Below, one piece after another: positions 37,424-48,793 of a stretch of DNA of 64,000 nucleotides. Numbering within the stretch: position 1 is the stretch's first letter; every line of letters starts with the position of its first letter. The notes below the pieces were generated by a model that was given only the letters and a program-made list of their open reading frames with translations, was not told the origin of the DNA and ran no database searches. The DNA is from Octopus sinensis (lineage: Eukaryota), in contig NC_042999.1 of assembly GCF_006345805.1 (NCBI RefSeq), forward strand, positions 158,658,001 through 158,722,000, read 5' to 3'. Both the position numbers and the translations under genes were made by a program.

Positions 37424-38667
37424 ATGGCAATGAAAAATAACAAAATTTTGGAGTGGGAAATCATACCACCTAAAAAGTGGTTAAAAGATCGTGAAGATAG
37501 GACGGTGGTGTTGAGAACCTACTCCAAGGCACTTGACACCATCGCCCTATTCGAAAAGACGGCAATTGAAAAGGAGTTGGAAGAGTATTTGCCAACAATT
37601 AAATTCATTTCCAGGGGTGTCAAATATGCAACGGTGTGGTTGCTATTTGACACCCCTGAAGAGGCTTGCAAATTTGCTAGCAAACCCTTGGAGGGTAAGG
37701 AAATCTTATTCCTGCCCACGTACAAAAAAAAGAAATTGATGAAAGCTTGGATCTGCGGACTGCCACCCGACATAGAACCCGAGTGGATAGAGGAGACTAT
37801 CCGCCGGGGTCTGGGTGACAGCGAAACTAAGCTCCTCAATGTAAAAGTTCTTCCTGCGGCTGCTTGGGTTGGGTCAAAAGCAATTTTGACCCTGTGGACC
37901 CAATCAGCCAATCTGGTTCTTCCAGATTTTTTGAAAATGGCCGGGTACAGGTATCCGGTGATGCTTGAGGGTCGCTCCCCTAAGTGTCATCGGTGCTTGG
38001 AGTCCGGCCACATAAAGAAGAACTGTCCTCGGGAACAAAATAGGATCCCGGAACAGTTAAGTAAAACCCCTCTAGAAAAGGGAACGATAACGGCCGAGAA
38101 AGCAGATGACTCCTCAAACAGAGGCCGAAAGAGGAAGGTGAGCAACAATGGGTGCTCACCAAAGGATAATAGGGATGAGGAGAGGAAGGCGAATCTTCCA
38201 GCCACGGAGGAGACGCACCCTCCCTCAGTTGAAAAGGGAAAAAAAAGAAAAAGAGGAAGAAAAACGGGACATTACCGGCTGTCAGTGTAGCACCGGAATG
38301 TCGCGGAACTACGTCGGTTGGGGTTGTGCCACCGACAAGAGAAGGAATACCGTTGGTGGAAACTGTGCCGCCAACGAAAGAACTGAATGTATTGGTCCTC
38401 TTCTATAGAGGAGGAGAAATTGAAAAAGTGATGGAAGAGCACTACAAGGGAGCACCTTTAGCCTTCACACAGGACCCCGAATGGCCTCCGCATGTAGCTG
38501 TGGAGGCCGTGGCGTTCGACGTGACGCTAGGGCTAAAGGAGCTCAATGAAGATTATAACTTGGTCCCGGGCGACGCGAACTCGGAACTTGATTACGTTCT
38601 GAGGGAGGCGTGGTTGATGGTGGAGGGCGCGGGCACAAGCTATTTCGAGGACGATATGTATTATTAG
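37424..38667 (+). CDS. LINE ORF1/Gag-like protein with CCHC zinc knuckle (288-aa open frame; C-terminal part in the -1 frame)
   Basis: RRM-like N-terminal region (RTVVLRTY...VWLLFDTPEEA...AWICGLPPDI) and knuckle CHRCLESGHIKKNC. The C-terminal frame to 38667 (VLFYRGGEIEK...WPPHVAVEAV) matches copy 1 (LLYHKGEEVER...WPPRVAAEKV). Confidence 0.75.
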
Positions 38668-38790
38668 TAATGGACTTAAGTCCAAAAATTGAAAAATTGT
38701 AAGAGGATTAATACCTCGTTTTGTATTAATAATGGACTGCTAAGTCCAAAAATTGGAAAAATTGTAAGAGGTTTAATACCTCGTTTTGTG
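38668..38790 (+). repeat. ~62-bp tandem duplication in the 3' UTR of element 2
   Basis: TAATGGACT..TAAGTCCAAAAATTG.AAAAATTGTAAGAGG.TTAATACCTCGTTTTGT occurs twice. Confidence 0.9.
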
Positions 38791-38962
38791 TTTATCTTTA
38801 AAAAGAACAATGTTTTAGAGAAGCGAAAGTCGGCGGGCGCTTTTTGTCTTCTCCCATCCTTATCATCTTTCTTTCATTATCATTCACCTCATTAATGTCC
38901 TCGTCCAGCCCGCAAAGCTAACTTAATCTGTGTACTGCCTTTATGGCAAATGTTTTGAAATA

Positions 38963-39103
38963 AAGTAGCTTGGTAACCAACCACATGGTTCCGGGTACAG
39001 TCCCACTGCGTGGCATCTTGGGTAAGTGTCTTCTGCTATAGCCCCGGGCCGACCAAAGCCTTGTGAGTGGATTTGGTAGACGGAAACTGAAAGAAGCCCG
39101 TCG

Positions 39104-39134
<31 letters not shown>

Positions 39135-39360
39135 TTGTGTGTGTTTGTGTGTCTGTGTTTGCCCCGCCTAGCATTGCTTGACAACTGATGCTGGTGTGTT
39201 TATGTCCCCGCCACTTAGCGGTTCGGCAAAAGAGACCGATAGAATAAGTACTGGGCTTGCAAAAAAAGAATAAGCCCCGGGGTCGGATTGCTCGACTAAA
39301 GGCGGTGCTCCAGCATGGCCGCAGTCAAATGACTGAAACAAGTAAAAGAGTAAAAGAGTA
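38963..39360 (+). mobile_element. SINE family 1 remainder (3' half of the interrupted target)
   Basis: Continues AAGTAGCTTGGTAACCAACCACATGGTTCCGGG... to the (GAGTAAAA)n tail. Confidence 0.9.
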
Positions 39361-39699
39361 TCAGTATCAATTCTCTCGACATTTCTCTCACTTGTTTCCT
39401 GGAAAAATATTTTTGCTCTGGAGCGTTCAATACACACGACACGCATTTAAAACAGAAAATTAGTTTTTACATAAGGTTATTTGCTCTCTGATGTCATCTG
39501 CTTGATCTTTAGGATTTAAGTTAGTATTAACATATTGAATGGAAGGTACTTTATACAATGAAGAATCACATCTAAGTAGTTGACAAATATTACTGACGTC
39601 CATGTGCTGTGGAGGTGAAAATAAAACTGCGTTATTGTATTCGTTTCCTACCGTGCAAAATCTCCGAGATATAAGAAAATATTGAGGAACAATTATTCA

Positions 39700-40270
39700 A
39701 GCAGACGTATGAAAATCCCTTCCAACGTTTAACAGTATTTTGAAATTTGCATCATATTTGAACGCTAAAACAACTTAACAAATGTGTGCCACAAGACCTG
39801 AATGAATATATGAAAATGCTATAACAAAACTAGTTTTGCTGTAAGGGTGCAGAATATCGATGATCCACTTCTTAATTGCATTATGACATGATGCAAAAAG
39901 CATTCTATGTAGTAAACAGGTGGCATTTCACACAGTGCCTGTGCGGAGTTTAAGATTTAGGACACTCTCAAACTGGAACCGCAGGAAATGAATGATATTG
40001 CCACTAGTCGTTGGTGCGCAAGCGGACTTGTTAACACTATTTCTTCAATACTGATACGACAGAATTTGGACGTGTTAGATTATGAAATTCTACCTCATCA
40101 AGCATACTACCCAGACAAATCCTCGACCGCGTGCCACCGTTCGAAGCATGTCGATAATTTTGTGCAAAATCTCTTCAAAAAACACAGCAGCACGCGGCAG
40201 CTGAAAACGCCTTCGAAAAGTTCACATAAGGTAATTTGCTAAAAGTTGTGATCTGCATGATCATTAAGGT
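39700..40270 (+). mobile_element. Decayed mariner transposase fragment
   Basis: DDPLLNCIMT and LDYEILPHQAYYPD..S..CH..KHVDNF segments (HPPYSPDL-like). Confidence 0.55.
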
Positions 40271-40281
40271 TTTAATTAGGA

Positions 40282-40680
40282 CTAGCAGTATCGCCCGGCG
40301 TTGCTCGGGTTTGTAAGGGAAATAACTATATAAGCATTTTTAGAGATGTAAAGTATAATAGCCATCTCAATATGGTTAACCACAAGGTGGGGTAGGTGTT
40401 ACTGTAGCTTTTTACGTTCTGAGATTTAATAATAAATTTTTAGAGAGTTACTTCCCTTATATATGCCAAAAATGCATTAAAAATGGGAAAAATTGATGGT
40501 AAATCTTTTTTAAAATCGTAGACTCATTGTAGACGCGCGCTAATACCCAGAAGGGCTCGATATGAATCACGACTATAAGATACCCGGTTTTGGTTAAACT
40601 GCACCGCAAAATGCGGGAGTAGTTAGGAATCTAAATTGTAGGAGACAGACAGCTCACAACCTCACTTTTATATATAAAGA
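40282..40680 (-). mobile_element. Non-autonomous Helitron
   Basis: Minus strand has 5' TC, subterminal hairpin CCCGAGCAACGCCGGG and 3' CTAG, inserted between A and T. Related copy at 54395-54907. Confidence 0.85.
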
Positions 40681-41959
40681 TTAACATATTAAATGCAAGG
40701 CACTTCATACAGTGAAGAATCACAAGTCAGTCGTTAGCAAATACTACTTTCGAAAGGGCATCGACCTCTACTTGTTGCGGAGGTGATAATACTTTTCAGG
40801 GTCTCGGAATTACGTCCTAACAGAACAGACATGTTTGTTGTTGGCAAAATATGTACATCGTACTTTTTCTTATTTCAATTACTAAAATGTAATTTTGGCT
40901 TCAGATAGTTTGCTTTGATTTTGGTAGCAAAAAGCTGCAATTATTGTATACTACTCATTGAGTAATATTATTTGTCCTCACTTGTATACCTATTTATAAT
41001 TACATTACTTATTCTCTGTACATTAAATATGTTCGCACTATTTCTGTTGAATGCACTTTCTAATAAATTCATCGTGGAAAATTAATGCTAAATAAAATTT
41101 CCTAAAGCTTCTCTTACAGCAACATTAAATGTAAATAAAATTAATCTAAATGTTTAAAACTTAAGGTAATTTTATTGTAGTATGTAACTCTTAAATTTGG
41201 TTTTAATTAGGTTGAAAATAAAATCGAATTTATAATTTCTATTAAAAGTTGGTGCTTTTAAGTAAAAACAGAGAAAACAGGAAATTTAATATTTTTGTTA
41301 AGGTTCTAACTTTTCTTAAAATAATGTTCGTGCTTTAAACTTTGTAAATTTTCTTCATTATATTTTCTTAATTCTTTCTCGGGAAATTGAATGAATAATG
41401 CAAAACAAAAACTATTAGGCTTCAATGAAATAGAATTATAAATATTTTTAAAAGGTATACATATACAAACTGCTTTTACTGTGTTTTGAATATTAAAAAT
41501 GGATTATATTATAAAGATTTAAAATAGCTTTCTAGCAATTTATTTTCGTATTTGTTGTTTAAAATACATTTAACAGAGTGTTATGGCCGAGAAAATATTC
41601 TTACGTAAATTTCCAAACTAAAGATTCGTTTGAATTGTTACTGTCAGAAATTATTCCTTAGTTTACAGGCCTTTCTACTGTCAAAGATAAATTAACTGAT
41701 GTATTTTGAAAAGTCGGTGAATATAAATTTCAGTGTAGTTATATAAATGACAATATCAACAAATACGGTGCGTATTTAAAAAGTTCTTGCATTCGTACAA
41801 TTGTATTAACCAGTTATTATGCCAACTGAATTATTTTTGGGTAATTTTGAATTTGAGACAGGAGGCTAAATACAACCGACACATCTGTCTCTTCATAGTC
41901 TTTACATTATGCTGTACTTTCTTACACAAATATGTATCCGATTGGGATCCTAAAACAAG

Positions 41960-42018
41960 TGAAGATAGAAGAGTTTTCTTGAAGATAGAAGAGTTTTCTT
42001 GAAGATAGAAGAGTTTTC
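41960..42018 (+). repeat. 20-bp tandem repeat x3 (TGAAGATAGAAGAGTTTTCT)
   Basis: Direct reading. Confidence 0.9.
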
Positions 42019-42953
42019 TAACTAAACGTAGACAGTAAATGTTAATGTATTTCTTTCTTAAAACTCGTTTGATTTGCGTTTAGCATGTGTAACTTTCTAT
42101 ACAAACTTTGTTTCTGAATAAGATGTTTTAGTAATATGGTTTATTGCACTGGAACAATAGTTTAAATAATAGTAGAGTTGCTGGTAGAGAATTATAATCT
42201 CTTATATTTATCTAGTAGGTATTTGACTTCTTGAGTCCAGCATGATGAAAAGAAAATCAAATTCGACGTGATTTGAATTGAAAGCGCGATGTAATGAAAT
42301 GCTATATAGAATTCTCCCTGTAATTTACTGATCCAATAACCATTTCTGTTTCTATACTTCCGACAACCACAACAGACCAAATGTTACCGCAACGCTTTTG
42401 TTATATTATTAAAAGTTAAGCGTCTAATTGTGAAATGATCAACCATATAATACATTCAATTGCATTATTAGTATATTAATAACACTGACATATTTTAGGA
42501 GTAAAGTGGCTAAAACTTTCAATTCATTGGCCAATGATTCAAGATAATTTGGTATTTCGTAGCTTAAGTACTGACTAAAAATATAATTATATGAACTGAT
42601 AAATATATCACTAAGATCAAATAATTGTGAGGTTGCAAACGTATTGATACTCTACAGATATCCAGCAGCGTTCACTTAATAATTTCACATAATATCTAAT
42701 TAACATATGAGAAATCTACGTCGGTTTCGATATGCAGGTAATTTTCACAATGGAAAGAGAAACTTCTATGGGCGCTAAAACACTCATCTTTGATAATAAT
42801 CACAGATAGACACAGGTGTCAAGCATAATAATTTCAATGCAATTTTTTCCACACATGAAATAAATATAATTATTGTATCTGAATATATTTTCTGTTGGAG
42901 ACAAGTCGCAAGATGCAGACGTATAAATAACACGAGTATATATTAGGTCACTT

Positions 42954-43186
42954 AGGGCGGCGAGCTGGCAGAAACGTTAGCACGCCGGGTGAAATGCGTA
43001 GCCGTATTTCGTCTGCCGTTACCTTCTGAGTTCAAATACCGCCGAGGTCGACTTGGCCTTTCATCCTTTCAGGGTCGATAAATTAAGTACCAGTTACTCA
43101 CACGGGTCGATATAATCGATATAATCCGTTTGTCTATCTTTGTTTGTCCCCTCTGTGTTTAGCCCCTTGTGGGTAGCAAAGAAATA
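42954..43186 (+). mobile_element. SINE family 3 with TSD
   Basis: TSD TATATATTAGGTCACTT at 42937-42953 / 43187-43203; tRNA-like head and Meta-like domain. Confidence 0.85.
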
Positions 43187-43384
43187 TATATATTAGGTCA
43201 CTTTTGATCTTACCACCAATCCAAAAAGACCAGTACATTTATTTATTCTTCTGTAAAAGAAAGCAAATATTGTTAGTTGATACAATCACTACACGTATAA
43301 AAGGTTGGAGATCCGTAAAATTGTGGAGTTAAATCCATTGTGAATTATTTACATGTATTTTTAGCCTTTTGAATTATATATATA

Positions 43385-43799
43385 TACTCTTTACTCTTTT
43401 ACTCTTTTACTTGTTTCAGTCATTTGACTGCGGCCATGCTGCAGCACCACCTTTAATCGAGCAACTCGACCCCGGGACTTATTCTTTTGTAAGCCCAGTA
43501 CTTATTCTATCGGTCTCATTGGCCGAACCGCTAAGTGACGGGGACGTAAACACACCAGCATCAGTTGTCAAGCAATGCTAGGGGGACAAACACAGACACA
43601 CAAACATATACACACACATACATATATATATATATATACATATATACGACAGGCTTATTTCAGTTTCCGTCTACCAAATCCACTCACAAGGCATTGGTCG
43701 GCCCGGGGCTATAGCAGAAGACACTTGCCCAAGATGCCACGCAGTGGGACTGAACCCGGAACCATGTGGTTGGTTAGCAAGCTACTTACCACACAGCCA
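43385..43799 (-). mobile_element. SINE family 1
   Basis: High similarity to 4165-4641; the target site is uninterrupted. Confidence 0.9.
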
Positions 43800-44077
43800 T
43801 ATGTTGTGAATTAGTTTGGAAGTATAGTATACGACTGAGATTGAGCCTAGTGGCATACTGAAGACTATAGCTCCTTTCTTTGGGGCAATATTTTGTGAGA
43901 TTGCAATGTAATTTCCTTCTAAATTAGAAAGGGTCATCTGCACCCGCTCGTATCCGTAAAAAATTCTAATTGAAATTACGAAGATGGATCTGATCCAGAA
44001 TTCACAGGGACGTGCACAGCAGATGCTTACCTCCATAGATAGCATACTAGTTTTCTGTTAGCATTAGACTGGTGTAT

Positions 44078-44467
44078 GGATGGAAGCACTCCGTCGGTAA
44101 CGACGACGAGGGTTCCGGTTGATCCGAATCAACGGAACAGCCTGCTCGTGAAATTAACGTGTAAGTGGCTGAGCACTCCACAGACACGTGTACCCTTAAC
44201 GTAGTTCTCGGGGATATTCAGCATGACACAGAGAGTGACAAGGCCGGCCCTTTGAAATACAGGTACAACAGAAACAGGAAGTAAGAGTGAGAGAAAGTTG
44301 TGGTGAAAGAGTACAGCAGGGATCACCATCATCCCCTGCCGGAGCCTCGTGGAGCTTTTAGGTGTTTTCGCTCAATAAACACTCACAACGCCCGGTCTGG
44401 GAATCGAAACCGCGATCCTATGACCGCGAGTCCGCTGCCCTAACCACTGGGCCATTGCGCCTCCACT
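44078..44467 (-). mobile_element. SINE family 2 with TSD
   Basis: TSD GACTGGTGTAT (44067-44077 / 44468-44478); near-identical to 5078-5463. Confidence 0.9.
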
Positions 44468-45062
44468 GACTGGTGTATACGGCCTGCTGCAATCGCATAT
44501 ATAATGCGTATTCCCATCAGGTGAGTTGCTAAGAACGAATACAATTAAATATTTTGTGACGCATCAATACATCTGGGGATAGCATAAATCTGACGAATAA
44601 GCCATTTTTCTAATATCCTTAAAGCAGATATTTTATTTAAATATATTTGATAGCTTATAAAACAATCCTGAAACTGAATTTGAATTAGTATATCAAATAA
44701 TTTCTTCACAGTCCTAAAAGAATTTTGCCGAAAATTAGCAATCTTTGTAGGGTTTGAGAATAATGAAAAAATGCAAAAATCATAACATTAACTTCTTTTA
44801 AGAGGGAAAGATACCTTTGACAGCAATTTTATTATGTAATAAGCATTGATAAATGAATTTCCAATGCATTTTATTATTATATATGAGAACTTCCTTTCTA
44901 AGTAACATTCGAATTAACTTATTTTAATGAGTTCCTTGCTTCAATAACTTTTTTTAATTTCACAAAATCAGTGACCGGTTTCATCGAAAAAGTCATGTAA
45001 TAATGAATAAAATACTTTTAAAGTGTATCAGCAAAAATAAGGTACTATGGCATTCTTCATTG

Positions 45063-45112
<50 letters not shown>

Positions 45113-45156
45113 TGTGTATGAATATATGTGTACATATTCATATTTGTATGTATATA

Positions 45157-45806
45157 TTGGGTCATCCTATTGGTTATCGCGGTGTTTTCACTCGCATGAT
45201 CTTAGTACAAATTATGAAGAGTACCGTTCGATTTTAACAGTTATTTTGTTCAAAGCTATAATGGAAGTTACAAAGGAGTATATATTCGGCATATTTTGAA
45301 TTTTGAGTTCAATAAAGGCAACATCGTAACGGAAAAGGCGAAGTATACTAATGTATCAACGGTGGTTCCAGAAATTTCGAGCCGGAAACTACAACCTTGA
45401 AGACGAGTCTCGACCTGGAATATCTGTAGATCTCAACGAAGACGTCCTACAAACCCTGGTGGAATAAAATCCCATCGTAACAGTTGAGGAACTAGCAGAG
45501 AAGCTTGGATTTGCTCATTCCACCATTCATCGACACTTGCGTACCATCTGAAAAGTCAGCAAATTGGGTCAATGTGTTCTTCACAAACTTCCCATGTTTA
45601 CTTGCGCGCAAAGAGTGAATGTGTGCTCTTCTTTGCTGTCACTTCTCACGAATGAACCTTTTTGAACCGAATAGTGGTGACGAGAATTGGGTTCCCTATC
45701 AAAATGTCAAGCGCTGAGACAGATGGTAGGCAAAAGAGAAACACCTGCACCCCAGGCTAAAGAAAGTTTTCACCCACGTAAGGTGTTGATATCTGTTTAG
45801 TGGGAT
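45157..45806 (+). mobile_element. mariner 5' remnant
   Basis: TA+TTGGGTC terminus; RWFQKFRAGNYNLEDESRPG, NPIVTVEELAEKLGFAHSTIHRHL and GDENW segments. Confidence 0.8.
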
Positions 45807-47059
45807 TCCTTACACATGCATACAAAAACACCTGCGATTATACGGGGATATGCAATATATATCGCACGTACACAAGTTTAAAACAGTAGATATTAGAATA
45901 ATGTTGGCAACTAAAGGGAGTTTTTCGAATTCTAACACACGAATAGTTTAACTAGATGGAATGATTTGTATGTATGGAGAGTAAATGAAATGCTAAGTTC
46001 CTGGTTTTTCAATCGAATTGGCAGCGTAATGAAGTGAAATGATGCATTGAAACTTCGTTAAACACTTAACTGAAATTTCTGTTTATCTAGAGCTGTCACT
46101 GTTATTCTAAAGTGTTAGCCATAAAATTAAATGTTTTATTCAAATTTAGCCAAACATTGTATTTCAGAATTGTGTTTATCGTAAATATTTAACGAGATAC
46201 TGCAGAAGTAACTGATGCTATCAAACAGCTCTATTTAAAGAGTTATCAACAAATACTTCTCTCTGATATTTTAAACCTAATCAAAACGTATCAACATCTA
46301 TCTATAAATAGAAAAATGAGAATTTTATAAGCTATATTATCGGATTCCATCCCATACTTAATTGTCAGTGAAAAGAATAAAGAATTTTAAAAACTGTTAG
46401 ATTCTGGAGAATCTATTATTTATAATGTAATAAAAAATTAATACTGATTTTTTAAAAAGTGTTATCAAATCTAAATGTTTGTAATAAATTGTATCTTAGT
46501 ATATTTTGTGAAACCCGCACTTTCTTTCTCAATAAAAGCGAGTTAGTCAGAAAATCTGATATATAAGTTTGAAATAAAAAGTTGTATTGTTTTATTTAAC
46601 AGGCATTTTCTATTTTGGTATAATGTGTAAATTTGAGAACATTTGAAAACAAATCTAAGAATCACATTTCTACTGAGTCATTGATATCAGGACAAGCTAC
46701 TGGTAAATATAATACATGTTACTTAACATTGCAATACTTACAGCTTCTTAATTAAAATAAAGATATCAGATGAGATCCAAATATTTGATTTCAATGCATA
46801 TTGGAAATTACATAGGCACAAAGGTGAACTGGGAAAATTTGTAGTTCCTCCTTCTCAAATGCTTAGGGAAGTGTTTACAATCACTGATGTGCATCTCTAC
46901 TCTCTTTAGTTTAGCAAAATGCAGAGATTGTTCCAAAACTAAAGCAAAAATTGACATTTTTTTATTGACTGATATATTTCCATGAAAGATACTACTCAAC
47001 TTAGTTTTCACCACAGGAAATACATTTGCGTCTTCGTCTTTCAAACACTCATTAAAAAC

Positions 47060-47680
47060 TTCAGGTATACATTGTGGTACCTACTTCTTAACAGCCATTT
47101 TGAATACAATTGTATCATCAAATCTTTGCTCACGAAGTCTGTCATTGATTGGCGCGAAAAGATGGGAATTGGAGGACGGCCTACTGGTCTGTATGACGGA
47201 TGGGAGACAAATGAACAGCCCAGTTTGCTGATTGCCTGATTTGTTCCAAAGATGAGTGTAGCCACCACGCGTTGTCATGGTCGACGTGGACCATTTTTAG
47301 AGTCTTATTCGGTCTCTTCCTCCGAGTGTCTTCTTTAAACATATTCACTGTATTAATATACCACTCACTGTTATCTGTACAGCTTCATTCAAGAAGATCT
47401 AAGAGAATGACGCCTTTGTGATCCTTAAAAAAACAATCACATGACTTTTTGTACCAATTGCTGGATGTTGAAATTCTTATTCCTTCGAGAAGAGGTGTGA
47501 CGCTATTCCATGGACTAAGCCAGCACACATCCACTCTCAAGAATTCAATGTGGAGTAGTGCTTCAGTTTCGAAACAATTATTACTATACAGGAAGACTTA
47601 CTCTACTAACATATGCAATTTAACGACATATATCAGTTAATTAAAAAGTTAGGCTCACTTTTGAATTATTTAATAACCTC
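47060..47680 (-). mobile_element. Decayed mariner fragment
   Basis: KLGCSFVSHPSYRP (HPPYSP-like) on the minus strand. Confidence 0.4.
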
Positions 47681-47896
47681 GTAGAATGTACAATTTTATA
47701 TAGTATAACAAAGATGACAATGTATTTCTATTCACTTGAGGTTTTCGTATTGAATTCAAATCTTCTTATAATAAGAAGATTGTAGTCTACTAAATTGTGG
47801 ATAATAAAATAAAAAATTATAAAATTATATAAAAGTACACTACAGCCGTATACTCAATGTGCAGGAACTGAACACTTATTTTGTATATGTTAAACT

Positions 47897-47981
47897 AACT
47901 CTGACGAGATTCTACTTTCAAGTAATTTTTAATTTTATTAATTAATTTTCTGAAGGTCTAGAATTGAAACAGCTGTAAGAG
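47897..47981 (+). ncRNA. Type I hammerhead core with weak stem I
   Basis: CTGACGA-GATTCTA...TAGAATT-GAAAC-AGCT-GTA with palindromic stem III (ACAGCTGT) and a long stem II. Confidence 0.55.
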
Positions 47982-48289
47982 ATGCCAAGTTTTTTAATTA
48001 ATAAACAATAATCTATTAATTGTCTCTATATTTTCTTATCTTATTGAAACATATAAATATATATAAATCACGGTTTATATAGTTATCTTACATTCGAATG
48101 TTAATTGTAATGTTCAACATTCTTTGTATAGCTAATTAACCAGTACTTTCATTGGATTTTACTATATCCCTCTTAATGAGGTTTGTAAACCTTATATATA
48201 TATATATATATGTAAATATATATATATATATATATAATATATATATATATAGCTAGATAGATAGCTAGATAGATAGATAGATTGATATG

Positions 48290-48339
<50 letters not shown>

Positions 48340-48584
48340 TAGACATATAACTACATGATATATTTCTGAGCTTCCTTTGATTGTGCATCTCTTGAGTGAA
48401 ATATTTGGGAAATAAATAACACTGAAGCCCACGGGATACGCACACAGTAGCTTTGAAATATATATATATATAACACATATATAGATCGTATAGAAAAACA
48501 CTGTAATGTAAACATTAGAAGAGTTGGCAACGACAAGAATATATGCAATACCTTAATTAGATGAAACAAAGTATTAGTTGTATT

Positions 48585-48734
48585 AGGAAGAGGAAGAGGA
48601 AGGAAGAGGAGTAGAAGAAGGAGGCGGTGGAGTATGAGGAGGTGGAGAAGGAGAAGTGGTGGGCAAAAGGCAGTTGCATCAATAGCAACTGGAAGTGGAA
48701 GAAACTGTAGAGTAGCATCAACCAACCGTAGTAA

Positions 48735-48793
<59 letters not shown>
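48585..48793. repeat. Purine-rich low complexity and (AGT)n microsatellite
   Basis: Direct reading. Confidence 0.9.

Larger units (their letters stand above)
36676..38962 (+). mobile_element. ORF1-only non-LTR retroelement, copy 2
   Basis: Bounded by TSD at 36661-36675 / 38963-38977 (one mismatch). Different 5' UTR; paralogous ORF and 3' UTR. Confidence 0.8.

Noticed and set aside
35214-38667. Tandemly duplicated host zinc-finger genes
   Set aside because: Intronless, TSD-bounded, inserted in a SINE and with different 5' regions; retrotransposition explains this better.
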